Assembly (NCBI GenBank): GCA_050247895.1 | Contig: JBFWTJ010000003.1 | Span: 1-37,422 of the forward strand | DNA from: Acidimicrobiia bacterium | GTDB lineage: Bacteria; Actinomycetota; Acidimicrobiia; Acidimicrobiales; VFJN01 | DNA: 37,422 bases | Direction of reading: 5' to 3' | Shown: in pieces, positions 28,584 to 37,422 of the stretch | Numbering within the stretch: position 1 is the first letter of the stretch | How the letters are laid out: the number at the start of each line of letters is the position of its first letter | Notes under the pieces: model-generated | Seen by the model: only the letters and a program-made list of their open reading frames with translations | The model's database searches: none | Told to the model about the DNA's origin: nothing | Made by a program: the position numbers and the translations under genes

Positions 28584-30149
28584 GTGCTCGTCCACGACAT
28601 CGTCCGACGGAACGCCCACTTCTTCGGCGACGCAGACGCCGCGGTGGTGCCCGGCGGCGCCACCCGGAGCTGGGCCGAGATGGAGGCGCGGACCAACCAG
28701 CTGGCCCGGGGCCTGCGCTCGCTGGGGCTCGACGAGGGCGACCGCATCGCGGCGTTCAGCGCCAACACGATCGAGTACCTCGAGCTCTTCTTCGGCTGCG
28801 CCAAGTCCGGCGTGGTGGGCGCTTCCACGAGCACCCGCCTCTCGCCCCACGAGCTGGTCGCGTACCTCCGGTACGTCCAGCCCTCGGCCATCCTCGTGGA
28901 CGCCGAGCACCGGGCCGAGGCCGAGTGGATCGCCCAGATCCCCTCGATCCGCCACGTCCTGGTCACCGGCGGGGGCGCCCTCGACGGCGACGTCGACCTC
29001 GACGAGCTCGTCGGCACCCAGGACGCCACCGCCCCCGACTACGGGATCACGCCCGACCACGCCTACCAGCTCTCCCCCACCGGCGGCACCACGGGCATCC
29101 CCAAGGGCGCCGTGCTGACCCACCGCAACGCCTACGCGTCGTACGCCAACTGGGCCATGGAGATGCCGCTGCCCGAGCGCGGCACCTACCTGCAGACCGT
29201 GCCCTTCTCGTCCAACCCGGGCGGGGTGAGCGGCCTGCACCCGGTGATCCTCAAGGGCGGCCGCTCCGTCATCGTCCCCGCCTTCGAGCCCGGGCTGTTC
29301 CTGCGCATGGTCCAGGAGCACCGCGTCACCCACGTGATCATCGTCCCCACGATGCTGACCACGGTCCTGTCCCACCCCGCGCTGGCCGAGACCGACGTGT
29401 CCAGCGTCATCTGGATCGGCTGCGGCGCGTCGCCGGTCCCCCGGGACCTGCTCCAGCGGGCCCGCCAGGTCTTCGGCGACGTGTTCGTGCCCATGTTCGG
29501 CATGGCCGAGACCTACTCCAGCGGGCTCTCCCTGCGGCGGGAGAACCAGCACCTCGACGGGACCGAGGCCGAGGTCCGCCGCCTCACCTCGGCCGGCAAG
29601 CCCCACGTGTTCATGATGGCCCGGGTCGTCGACGAGGACGGCCACGACGTGCCCCGCGACGGGACGACCAGCGGCGAGCTGTGGCTGCGGGGCGACAGCG
29701 TGACCGAGGGCTACTTCGAGATGCCCGAGGAGACGGCGGAGGCCTTCGTCGACGGCTGGCTGCGCACCGGCGACATCGCCACCATGGACGACGAGGGCTT
29801 CATCACCATCGTCGACCGGCGCAAGGACATCATCATCACCGGCGGCCTCAACGTGTTCAGCCGTGAGGTCGAGGAGGCCGTGTACGACCACCCCGCCGTC
29901 CTGCACGCCGCGGCCATCGGGATCCCCAGCGAGCGTTGGGGCGAGAGCATCCACGTCGTGGTGGTGCTCCGGGAGGGCCGTACCGCCACCGAGGACGAGA
30001 TCCTGTCCTTCGCCGCCGAGCGCCTCGCCGCCTTCAAGAAGCCCCGCTCCCTCGAGATCCGCCCGTCGGTGCCGATCAGCGGCGCGGGCAAGATCCTCAA
30101 GCGCGAGCTGCGGGCCGAGTTCTGGAACGACGAGGAGCGCACGATCTGA
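28584..30149 (+). CDS. AMP-binding acyl-CoA synthetase
   Basis: TGGTTGIPKG, FGMAET, LRTGD, DRRKDIIITGGLN and GKILK. GGAGG RBS. Confidence 0.92.
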   Translation: MLVHDIVRRNAHFFGDADAAVVPGGATRSWAEMEARTNQLARGLRSLGLDEGDRIAAFSANTIEYLELFFGCAKSGVVGASTSTRLSPHELVAYLRYVQPSAILVDAEHRAEAEWIAQIPSIRHVLVTGGGALDGDVDLDELVGTQDATAPDYGITPDHAYQLSPTGGTTGIPKGAVLTHRNAYASYANWAMEMPLPERGTYLQTVPFSSNPGGVSGLHPVILKGGRSVIVPAFEPGLFLRMVQEHRVTHVIIVPTMLTTVLSHPALAETDVSSVIWIGCGASPVPRDLLQRARQVFGDVFVPMFGMAETYSSGLSLRRENQHLDGTEAEVRRLTSAGKPHVFMMARVVDEDGHDVPRDGTTSGELWLRGDSVTEGYFEMPEETAEAFVDGWLRTGDIATMDDEGFITIVDRRKDIIITGGLNVFSREVEEAVYDHPAVLHAAAIGIPSERWGESIHVVVVLREGRTATEDEILSFAAERLAAFKKPRSLEIRPSVPISGAGKILKRELRAEFWNDEERTI

Positions 30150-30170
30150 CCACAGGCGCCCCGAGGGGGA

Positions 30171-30197
30171 GCGCCCCCGGCCTCGGGCCGGGGGCGC
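30171..30197. terminator. Hairpin between convergent genes
   Basis: GCGCCCCCGGCC-TCG-GGCCGGGGGCGC, 12-bp stem. Confidence 0.65.
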
Positions 30198-30203
30198 GGT
30201 CGC

Positions 30204-31382
30204 TCAGCGGTCCAGGCCGTAGAGGCGGGCCGCGTTGTCGTGCAGGATCTTCTGGGCCGTCTCCCGGGGCAGGTCACCCAGGTTCTGCTGGATGAAGTCG
30301 CGGGGCACGACGGCGGCCGAGGCCGGGCCGGGCGACATGCTCGTGGGGTGGGGGAAGTCGGTCTCGTAGAGGATGTTGTCCGGGCCGAGCTGGTCCAGGG
30401 CGGCCCGCAGCGAGCCCTGCTCGAACCAGAAGCAGCCGTAGATCTGCCGGCGGAAGTACTCGCTGGGCAGCAGGTCGTACTCGGGGTGCTCGACGCCGAC
30501 GCCGCAGTTCTTCCACATCCAGTCGAGCGACTCCAGGGCGAAGGGCAGCCAGCCCACGCCGCTCTCGACCGAGACGAAGTTGAGCTCGGGGAAGCGGTGG
30601 CACAGGCCGGAGATGATCACCTCGGAGATGGCGTTGGCGTTGCCGAGGAAGAACAGCAGCGAGCCCTTCGAGTAGTTGGCGTGCCGGCCGTTGCCGGGGA
30701 ACCCGGAGCCGATCGAGGAGGTGTCGCCCGCCGCGATGTGGAAGTTGATCGGCAGGCCCTTCTCCTGCGCCGAGGCGAAGACCGGGTACCACTGCGGGTG
30801 GGCCAGGGGCGGCTGGCCGAAGATCTCGGGCTGGGAGCCCATGATGATCCCCCGGTGGCCCAGCTCGGTGCAGCGGTCGATCTCGGCCAGGCTGGCCTCG
30901 ACGTCCCAGAACGGCAGGGCCATCACCGGGATGAAGCGCTTCGGGTCGGCCGAGGAGAAGTCGACCAGGAAGTCGTTGTAGGCCTGCACGCAGGCCAGCA
31001 TCAGCTCCGGGTCCTGGAGGTTGGTGAAGCGGCCCATGCCGAACCCCGAGACGTTGGGGTACAGGACCTGGGCGTAGATGCCGTACTCGTCCATGCGCTC
31101 GAGGCGCAGCTTGGCGTCCCAGGTCGACGGGTGGGCGTCCTCCCACCGCTTGGGGTGGTTCGGCGGGAACTTGTCGTACCCCGCCATGGCGGAGCCGGCG
31201 GCCTGCCAGATCGGCGTGTCGCCGAAGTACCAGTGCTCCTCCTGGAGGTCGTCGTTCCAGCGGACGTGGGGCACCAGGTCGCCCCAGCGCTTGGTGGAGA
31301 CCCGCGACGTCCAGAGGTCGTAGGGCTCGATGACGTGGGTGTCGGTGTCGATGACCTTGATCTCGTCGGCCAGCGCGGCCAT
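30204..31382 (-). CDS. Amidohydrolase_2 family protein
   Basis: IDTDTHVIEP, QVLYPN, INFHI, SVESGVGW and YETDFPHPT. Confidence 0.9.
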   Translation of the reverse strand: MAALADEIKVIDTDTHVIEPYDLWTSRVSTKRWGDLVPHVRWNDDLQEEHWYFGDTPIWQAAGSAMAGYDKFPPNHPKRWEDAHPSTWDAKLRLERMDEYGIYAQVLYPNVSGFGMGRFTNLQDPELMLACVQAYNDFLVDFSSADPKRFIPVMALPFWDVEASLAEIDRCTELGHRGIIMGSQPEIFGQPPLAHPQWYPVFASAQEKGLPINFHIAAGDTSSIGSGFPGNGRHANYSKGSLLFFLGNANAISEVIISGLCHRFPELNFVSVESGVGWLPFALESLDWMWKNCGVGVEHPEYDLLPSEYFRRQIYGCFWFEQGSLRAALDQLGPDNILYETDFPHPTSMSPGPASAAVVPRDFIQQNLGDLPRETAQKILHDNAARLYGLDR

Positions 31383-31466
31383 GGCAGGCTCCCCCTCGGT
31401 CGCTCCTCGGTATCTCTGAACATAGTTTGCCCGAGGATGCGGGGCCAACGACACCCGGATCGGGGA

Positions 31467-31688
31467 TCAGGGTCCGGGCTCGGCCTCCGGGATCGGGTCG
31501 ACGGCGAAGGCCAGGGCCGACCAGCCCCAGCGGGCCGCCCCCAGGGCGTGGAGCCGCGCCACGTCGGCCCGCAGCGACGGGTACACCTCGGCCAGCTGGG
31601 CCAGCTCCTCGGGGTGGGGGTGCAGCCCGGCCCGGTCGAGCAGGGCCGTCACCTCGGCCAGCACCGCGTCGTCGGGACCTGCGGTCAC
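31467..31688 (-). CDS. Small hypothetical protein (73 aa)
   Basis: Helical composition (LLDRAGLHPHPEELAQLAEVYPSLRADVARLH). GTGA overlap with the upstream fragment. Confidence 0.55.
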   Translation of the reverse strand: MTAGPDDAVLAEVTALLDRAGLHPHPEELAQLAEVYPSLRADVARLHALGAARWGWSALAFAVDPIPEAEPGP

Positions 31689-31810
31689 CGGGCCGACGCG
31701 GCCGACTCGTCGAGCGGCTGGGCCAGGTCGATCCCGGTGGCCAGCGCGCCGATGCGCCCGCCGACGCGTCGGATGGCGATCGATCCCGGGTTGGTGGCGT
31801 TCGACGGCAT
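31685..31810 (-). pseudogene. N-terminal fragment of TauD/TfdA-family dioxygenase
   Basis: GAAGGGG RBS, then MPSNATNPGSIAIRRVGGRIGALATGIDLAQPLDE and a stop at 41 aa. Confidence 0.6.
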
Positions 31811-31899
31811 GGGGCAGCCCCTTCGTGTGCTCGGGCGTGACGGGTGGGCCCGGTGGCCCCTCGAGCCACCGGTGGGTTCGGTCCTTGGTGCCGGCGCCC

Positions 31900-32754
31900 T
31901 CAGGTCGCCGCGGCGCCGACCTCGATCGGGCGGTCGTCGTCCGCGGCCCAAGCCGACCACGAACCGACGAACAGGGCGGTGTCGTCGAACCCGGCGAGGT
32001 GCAGCGACAGGAGGTCGTGGCAGGCCGTGACCCCGGACCCGCAGTAGGCGACGACGGGCCCGTCGCCCACGCCGAGCCCGGCGTAGCGGGCCCGCAGGTC
32101 CTCCGGCGCCAGGAAGCGCCCCGTGGGGTCGAGGTTCCCGGCCCAGGGCGCGCTGACCGCGCCGGGGATGTGGCCGGGGCGGCGGTCGATGGCGCTGTCG
32201 CCCTCGGCGTAGCGGTTGGCGGCCCGGGCGTCGAGGAGCAACGCTCCGGGCTCGTCGCGGCGCCGCTCCACGTCGTCGATGGGGACGATCCGCTCGACCG
32301 GCCAGGGTCGGGGGGCCCGCTCGACGGGCTCGACCGCCACCTCGCCGGCCTGCAGCTCGCCGGGCCAGGCCGCGAGGCCCCCGTCGAGGACGGCGGCGGG
32401 CTGGCCGAGCAGGTGCAGCAGCCACCACAGGCGGGCCGCGGTGGAGCCGCCGGCGTCGTCGTAGGCGACCACGGGCACGTCGGGCCCGATGCCGAGCCGG
32501 CCCAGGACCTCGGCGAACCGCTCGGGGCTGGGCAGGGGGTGCCGACCGCCCTCGGACGACGGCGGCGAGGCCAGGTCGGCGTCGACGTCGGCGAACACCG
32601 CGCCGGGCACGTGCCCGGCGCGGTAGGCCTCGCGGCCGGACCGCCCGTCGAGGTACCAGCGGACGTCGACGACGACCACGTCGCCGAGGTGGGACCGGAG
32701 CCAGTCGCCGGACACGACGGCTCCCGGCAGGTCGGCTCCCAATGTCACGGCCAT
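31900..32754 (-). CDS. Rhodanese-type sulfurtransferase (SseA/3-MST-like)
   Basis: GHVPGA, GRHPLP, LDGGLAAW, GHIPGA, CGSGVTAC active loop and GSWSAW. Confidence 0.92.
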   Translation of the reverse strand: MAVTLGADLPGAVVSGDWLRSHLGDVVVVDVRWYLDGRSGREAYRAGHVPGAVFADVDADLASPPSSEGGRHPLPSPERFAEVLGRLGIGPDVPVVAYDDAGGSTAARLWWLLHLLGQPAAVLDGGLAAWPGELQAGEVAVEPVERAPRPWPVERIVPIDDVERRRDEPGALLLDARAANRYAEGDSAIDRRPGHIPGAVSAPWAGNLDPTGRFLAPEDLRARYAGLGVGDGPVVAYCGSGVTACHDLLSLHLAGFDDTALFVGSWSAWAADDDRPIEVGAAAT

Positions 32755-32825
32755 GTATCAAACCTTACCTATAGGTGATTAGCAACGTCATATTTACGGG
32801 TCAGATCGGCTAACCGGTCTTCATT

Positions 32826-33422
32826 GTGACGAGCGCCACCTCGATCGTCGGGAACCATCCGACCGGCGGCGGCGACCCGAGGGACATCGACGCGTCGCAG
32901 GTCGCAGATGTGGAAGGGACCGTGGTCACCGCCGGCCTGCTGGCACTGGCCCTGGTCGCCGTGGCGCGCCTGGTCGCACCGTCGTGGTTCGCCGCCCTGC
33001 GCCGTGAGCTCACCGGGCTGGGGCCGGCGCTCGCGGGCGGGGTCGCCGTGCTGGCCACCGCCGGGAGCCTGTGGTTCTCCGAGGGTGCCCACTTCCCGCC
33101 CTGCGAGCTGTGTTGGTACCAGCGCATCGCCATGTACCCCCTCGCCGTCGTGCTGCCCCTGGCCGCCTGGCGACGCGACCCCGGCATCCGGCCCTACGCC
33201 CTCACCGTCGCCGGGTTGGGGCTGGCCGTCAACGCCTGGCACGTCTTCATCGAGACCTTCCCCGACCGCGACCCGGGCGGGTGCGACCCGAACAACCCCT
33301 GCACGATCCGCTGGGTCGAGGGCCTGGGCTTCTGGACCATCCCGCGCATGGCCGGCGCGTGCTTCGCGGTCATCCTCGTGGTGCTCTGGCTCGACCGACC
33401 CAACGCCGAGGAGGCGCCATGA
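32826..33422 (+). CDS. Disulfide bond formation protein B (DsbB/BdbC-like)
   Basis: [15 protein letters not shown], second Cys pair and TM helices. Start uncertain. Confidence 0.85.
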   Translation: MTSATSIVGNHPTGGGDPRDIDASQVADVEGTVVTAGLLALALVAVARLVAPSWFAALRRELTGLGPALAGGVAVLATAGSLWFSEGAHFPPCELCWYQRIAMYPLAVVLPLAAWRRDPGIRPYALTVAGLGLAVNAWHVFIETFPDRDPGGCDPNNPCTIRWVEGLGFWTIPRMAGACFAVILVVLWLDRPNAEEAP

Positions 33423-34093
33423 CCAAGCAGAGCACCCCCTCGAGGGGACGGGCGGGGCAGCCGCCCCGGGGCCCGGCGCCGTCGCGACGGACGCCCATCC
33501 TGGCCATCGGCGGCGCCGTGCTGGCCGTCGTCGTGGTGATCGGCATCGCCATCGCCGCGGCCGGGTCGGGCGGCGACGACGACGACCGGCCGGTGTTCGG
33601 CCCCGTGACCGTCGAGGGGACCGCCCTGACCCCCCTGCCCGACGCCGGCGCCGATCCGGCCGAGGGCCAGGTCGCGCCCACGCTCACGGGGCGTTCGCCC
33701 GACGGCGACCGGGTCGGCCTGGGTGGCCAGGGCGAGCCCACCCTCGTCGCCTTCCTGGCCCACTGGTGCCCCCACTGCCAGGCCGAGCTCCCCGTGCTCG
33801 TCGACCTGGCCGACGACGGCGCCTTCGAGGGCATCCGCACCGTCGCCGTGCTCACCGGCACCAACCCCGACGCCCCCAACTTCCCGCCGGCGAGCTGGCT
33901 GGACCGCGAGGGCTGGGACGGTGACGTGCTCCTCGACAACGACGCCCAGGCCGCGGCACGGGCCTACGGCCTCACCAGCTACCCCCTGCTGGTCGCGCTC
34001 GACGCCGACGGGAACGTGGTCGGCCGGATGTCGGGCGAGCAGCCCGCCGCCGTCGTCACCGCCCTCGCCGACGCCGCCCGCGGCTCGGACTGA
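33419..34093 (+). CDS. Membrane-anchored TlpA/thioredoxin-like protein
   Basis: N-terminal TM helix, AHWCPHCQAE and cis-Pro loop SYP. ATGA overlap with dsbB. Confidence 0.88.
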   Translation: MTKQSTPSRGRAGQPPRGPAPSRRTPILAIGGAVLAVVVVIGIAIAAAGSGGDDDDRPVFGPVTVEGTALTPLPDAGADPAEGQVAPTLTGRSPDGDRVGLGGQGEPTLVAFLAHWCPHCQAELPVLVDLADDGAFEGIRTVAVLTGTNPDAPNFPPASWLDREGWDGDVLLDNDAQAAARAYGLTSYPLLVALDADGNVVGRMSGEQPAAVVTALADAARGSD

Positions 34094-34149
34094 CCTCCCC
34101 ACGGGTGGGACCCGACGACCGGCGGTCGGGCGTTGGTATGGTGATTGGT

Positions 34150-34398
34150 ATGGCGAAGACGCGGAAGGTCACCGTGACGATGCCCGTCGAGTCGCTCGAC
34201 GCCATCCGGGCCCTGGTTGCACAGGGCCGGGCCGACAGCGTCTCGGGGTTCGTCCAGCACGCGGTCCAGGTCTCGCTGGACGACGTGCGGGGTTGGGGGG
34301 CGATGCTCGCCGAGGCCCTGGACGCGACCGGCGGCGCTATGACGCCCGCCGAGCGTGTCTGGGCCGACGAGATCCTCGGCCGAGCCGGGGCCGCGTGA
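34150..34398 (+). CDS. Antitoxin (ribbon-helix-helix-like)
   Basis: TRKVTVTMP...SVSGFVQHAV, 82 aa. GTGA overlap with the PIN gene. Confidence 0.78.
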   Translation: MAKTRKVTVTMPVESLDAIRALVAQGRADSVSGFVQHAVQVSLDDVRGWGAMLAEALDATGGAMTPAERVWADEILGRAGAA

Positions 34399-34775
34399 GC
34401 CGCGGCGTGACACTGGATGCGGGCCCGCTGATCGCGCTGGACCGCGACGATCGCCGCACCGTCGTCCTGCTCGCCCGTGCCGCCGAGGCGGGCGACCGGG
34501 TCGTGATCCCCGGCTCGGCGCTGGCCCAGGCCGTGCGCGACCCTGCCCGCCAGGTGCGCCTGGCCCGGCTGCTGCGACAGCCGGCGACCTCGGTCGAACC
34601 GCTGGACCGCGTCGACGCCACCGGCGTCGGGCGGCTGCTGGTCGCGTCCGGCACCGCCGACATCGCGGACGCCCACGTGGTCATCTGCGCTCGCCGATCG
34701 GGGACCACGGTCGTGACCAGCGATCCCGGCGACCTCCGCCACCTCGACCCATCCCTGCCGATCACCTCGGTCTGA
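34395..34775 (+). CDS. PIN-domain toxin (VapC-like)
   Basis: VTLDAGPLIA, IADAHVV and VVTSDPGDL acidic PIN motifs. Confidence 0.85.
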   Translation: MSRGVTLDAGPLIALDRDDRRTVVLLARAAEAGDRVVIPGSALAQAVRDPARQVRLARLLRQPATSVEPLDRVDATGVGRLLVASGTADIADAHVVICARRSGTTVVTSDPGDLRHLDPSLPITSV

Positions 34776-34857
34776 CGTCCAACCGGTTCGGCGACGGCCC
34801 GCGCCGTCGTGGCACAAGAGCCGCCAGGGGGCACGGTGCGTCGATCGCCCGCCGCCT

Positions 34858-35601
34858 TCAGCTGGTGAGGACCAGCGGTCGCCCCGCCGTGACGACCATG
34901 GTGTGCTCGACCTGGGCGGCCAGGCTGCCGTCGGGGGTGCGCAACGTCCAGCCGTCCGGGTCCTCGACCACCAAGGGCATCCCGGTGCACAGGAACGGCT
35001 CGACGGCGATCACCAGCCCCTCCCACAGCACCGTGGCATCGGCGCGGTCCTCGATGCCCGGCACGCGGGGCGGCTCGTGGATGGACCGCCCGACGCCGTG
35101 GCCGGCGAGCATGCCGATCACGCCGAACCCGTGCCGGCGGGCACGGCGCTCGACGGCCCGGCCGATGTGGCGCAGCGGTCGCCCGGCCACCGCGGCGGCC
35201 ATCCCCTCGGCCTGCGCGGCCCGGGTGGCCTCGACCAGCTCACGGGCCCGGGCCGGCACCTCGCCGACCGGGCGGCTGGCACCGGTGTCGGCCCAGTACC
35301 CGTCGAGCTCGGCCGACACGTCGACGTTGACCAGGTCGCCGGACCGGAGCACCTGCTCCGGCGACGGCACGCCGTGGGCGACCGCGTCGTTGACGCTGAT
35401 GCAGGTCCAGGCCGGGAACCCGTAGGCCAGGCGAGGCGCGCTGCGGGCCCCGTGACGTCGCAGGACCTCGCGGCCCACCGCGTCCAGCTCGGCGGTCGAG
35501 GTCCCCGGCACCGCGGCGCCGAGCATGGCCTCGCGCGCCTCGGCCACGACCTGCCCGACGCGCCCGAGCCCGTCCAGGTCGGCGTCGTCGTCGACCGTCA
35601 C
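34858..35601 (-). CDS. map: Type I methionyl aminopeptidase
   Basis: CISVNDAVAHGVP, DVSAELDGYWAD, GHGVGRSIHE, AVEPF and AQVEHT. Confidence 0.92.
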   Translation of the reverse strand: MTVDDDADLDGLGRVGQVVAEAREAMLGAAVPGTSTAELDAVGREVLRRHGARSAPRLAYGFPAWTCISVNDAVAHGVPSPEQVLRSGDLVNVDVSAELDGYWADTGASRPVGEVPARARELVEATRAAQAEGMAAAVAGRPLRHIGRAVERRARRHGFGVIGMLAGHGVGRSIHEPPRVPGIEDRADATVLWEGLVIAVEPFLCTGMPLVVEDPDGWTLRTPDGSLAAQVEHTMVVTAGRPLVLTS

Positions 35602-35611
35602 GGCCGGCACG

Positions 35612-36388
35612 CTACCAACGCGCGCTCGACCGCCGACCGGTCCCGTCCCCCGGGCCGGTGCGTGCGGCACGGCCGTCGCCCTCCCGCGGACCACCCGAGA
35701 GGCACGGGCCGTGCGAGCGCGGCGGGGCGGTGCCCGGCCGGGGCACCCGCAGCGGGCGCCCGCGGATCATGCGCTCGGCGACCCAGAGGTTGACGAGCCA
35801 GCCGGCCACGTGGAGGCCGATGTTGCTGGCCACGTTGGGCTCGCCGAACGCGAGGAGCAGGGGGATGCCGATCAGCGCCTGGCTGCCGGCGCCCACCCCG
35901 ATCGCGTAGCCGCGGATCATCCAGGCCCGGTGGCTCGGCACGTCCCTGCGCAGGATCGCCCCGAGGGCGAGGACGAGCGCCACCAGCATCCCGGTGCCGA
36001 ACAGCGTGCGGATGAGGTCGAGCGCCACCGAGTTGGGATGGGGCAGCGGGTAGAAGAGCGCCATCCAGATGCCGCTCGCCGCGGCCACGAGCCCGAAGGG
36101 GAGGGCGACCTTGCCGGCCCGGCGGTGCCAGCGCCCTCGCCGCAGCGAGGGCACGAACTGGAACGCGCCGAGGACGCACCAGACCGTGGCGCCGACGATG
36201 TGGGCCACCACCGGGAAGGGATCCTCGACGAACCGGGCGTTGTCGGGGGTCACCTCCGGCGACGACGCCAGCTCCCCGACTCGGGCCGCCCCCGCGAGGA
36301 GCGGGATCAGGCTGAGCAGGAGCAGTCCGGCGGGGACGCGCCACGCCGGGTGTCGGCCCGCCTCACGGCGGGATGCGTACGTGGTCAT
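35612..36388 (-). CDS. DUF2306-like membrane protein
   Basis: HIVGA..LGAFQF, WHRRAG and HRAWMIRGYAI. Multiple TM helices and a low-complexity C-terminal tail. Confidence 0.8.
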   Translation of the reverse strand: MTTYASRREAGRHPAWRVPAGLLLLSLIPLLAGAARVGELASSPEVTPDNARFVEDPFPVVAHIVGATVWCVLGAFQFVPSLRRGRWHRRAGKVALPFGLVAAASGIWMALFYPLPHPNSVALDLIRTLFGTGMLVALVLALGAILRRDVPSHRAWMIRGYAIGVGAGSQALIGIPLLLAFGEPNVASNIGLHVAGWLVNLWVAERMIRGRPLRVPRPGTAPPRSHGPCLSGGPREGDGRAARTGPGDGTGRRSSARW

Positions 36389-36401
36389 CGCGAGCTCCTG
36401 C

Positions 36402-36434
36402 CTTACGTCGTAAGTCTACCTTACGCGGTAAGGT
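36402..36434. promoter_or_regulatory. Tandem palindromes, probable TetR operators
   Basis: CTTACG-T-CGTAAG (36402-36414) and ACCTTAC-GCG-GTAAGGT (36418-36434) between the divergent DUF2306 and TetR genes. Confidence 0.75.
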
Positions 36435-36464
36435 GGTACTCGGCGGTGAAGAAGAGGTGAACAG

Positions 36465-37145
36465 ATGGTCCGGTCCCGGCAGCCACTGACACCCGAGCGG
36501 GTGGCCGGCGCGGCGCGCGCCGTCGCCGACCGCGAGGGCCTGGAACAGGTCACGATGCGCCGCGTCGCCGCCGAGCTCGGCGTCGAGGCCATGTCGCTCT
36601 ACCACCACGTCGCCAGCAAGGAGGCGCTGCTCGACGGCCTCGTCGAGGCGCTCGTCGCCGAAGTCCTGTCGACGGTCGCACGGGTCGAGGCCGACGCCCC
36701 CGACCCCTCCTGGCGACGGACCCTGCGCCGACGGTTCCTCACCGCCCGGGCCGTGATGCTCCGCCACCCGTGGGCGCCGCGGCTGATCGCCGGCCGCGCC
36801 ACCGCTCCACCCACCCTGTACGCCTACTACGACGGCGTGGTCGCGACGATGGTGGAGGGCGGCCTCTCGTACCACCTCGCGCACCGGGCGCTGCACGCCT
36901 TCGGGAGCATGCCCCTCGGCTTCTCCCAGGAGCTGTTCGCGCCGGCCGGGCAGGACGCCGAGGCCGACCCCGCGGCGCAGGCCCGGATGGCCGAGCTCGT
37001 CCCCCACCTCGCCGCCATGGTCGGCGCCGAGGTGCACGCGGCCGGCGACGACGTGCTCGGCTGGTGCGACAGCCAGACCGAGTTCGAGTTCACCCTCGAC
37101 CTGCTCCTCGACGGCCTCGAGCGCCAGAGCCTGACCCGCGGCTGA
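36465..37145 (+). CDS. TetR family regulator with TetR_C domain
   Basis: GLEQVTMRRVAAELGVEAMSLYHHVASKEALL and EFEFTLDLLLDGL. Confidence 0.93.
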   Translation: MVRSRQPLTPERVAGAARAVADREGLEQVTMRRVAAELGVEAMSLYHHVASKEALLDGLVEALVAEVLSTVARVEADAPDPSWRRTLRRRFLTARAVMLRHPWAPRLIAGRATAPPTLYAYYDGVVATMVEGGLSYHLAHRALHAFGSMPLGFSQELFAPAGQDAEADPAAQARMAELVPHLAAMVGAEVHAAGDDVLGWCDSQTEFEFTLDLLLDGLERQSLTRG

Positions 37146-37162
37146 AGCCGCTCGGGCTGGTG

Positions 37163-37190
37163 TGGTGGGCGCAAAGGGACTCGAACCCCA
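37163..37190 (-). mobile_element. tRNA 3'-end fragment (probable att scar)
   Basis: Minus strand TGGGGTTCGAGTCCCTTTGCGCCCACCA gives a T-arm, acceptor 3' strand and ACCA. No D or anticodon arm upstream. Confidence 0.65.
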
Positions 37191-37226
37191 CCATCGCATG
37201 GCAGACGCCGTGCAGGTGGGGGCGGT

Positions 37227-37422
37227 TCAGACGTTGTCCTCATCGGGCTGGGGCGACCAGAGCGCGCCGACGGGCAGGACGTGAAGCCGGTCATCGGCAA
37301 CATAGGACTGGGCGCCGAGGTGGAGGGCGATGCCAGCCAGGAACGAGGAGCCTGTGGCGTCGCGGAGCTTTCGCAGCGGGGCCATCTCGCGACGATCGAC
37401 TCGCTGGCTGGCCTTCACCTCG
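37227..37422 (-). CDS. C-terminus of AAA+/DUF4143-type ATP-binding protein (partial)
   Basis: EVKASQRV...LRKLRD...FLAGIALHLG......RLHVLPVGALW, the typical PD-(D/E)xK-like tail of this family. Confidence 0.7.
   Translation of the reverse strand, partial: EVKASQRVDRREMAPLRKLRDATGSSFLAGIALHLGAQSYVADDRLHVLPVGALWSPQPDEDNV

Noticed and set aside
32767-32776. Palindrome ACCTATAGGT in the AT-rich rhodanese/dsbB divergent region
   Set aside because: Only 10 bp, single copy and no cognate regulator nearby; insufficient support.
37140-37230. Intact tRNA gene
   Set aside because: No D-arm, anticodon arm or complementary 5' acceptor strand; kept only as a fragment.

Overview
High-GC (by eye roughly 70-75%) actinobacterial chromosome segment. 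Gene content and style suggest Acidimicrobiia, which is an inference. Most of it is housekeeping or metabolic: an EF-G2-type elongation factor with two DinB-like genes, an SDR and amidohydrolases, npdG-mshC-thrS-HIT, fabI, two M23 peptidases, a TPP-riboswitch-controlled thiN-thiBPQ operon, an acyl-CoA dehydrogenase and synthetase, carD, infA, a beta-carbonic anhydrase, a rhodanese, DsbB/TlpA and map. Accessory parts: (1) a lower-GC patch at ~6.1-8.6 kb carrying a sortase-anchored thioester-domain (TED) adhesin and a mosaic of fused gene fragments; (2) a stand-alone cI/cro-like divergent XRE pair with an ImmA/IrrE-like HExxH protease and no nearby integrase (26.7-28.0 kb), the best candidate for an undescribed system; (3) a 52-bp duplication that creates a coupled minigene inside the thiamine operon; (4) a truncated TauD; (5) a VapBC-type TA pair; (6) a tRNA 3'-end scar at ~37.17 kb marking a probable island boundary. 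Many genes appear leaderless (TANNNT exactly 7 nt before the start codon). No CRISPR array, rRNA, intact tRNA, integrase or transposase was seen. All calls come from motif recognition by eye; no database searches were run.
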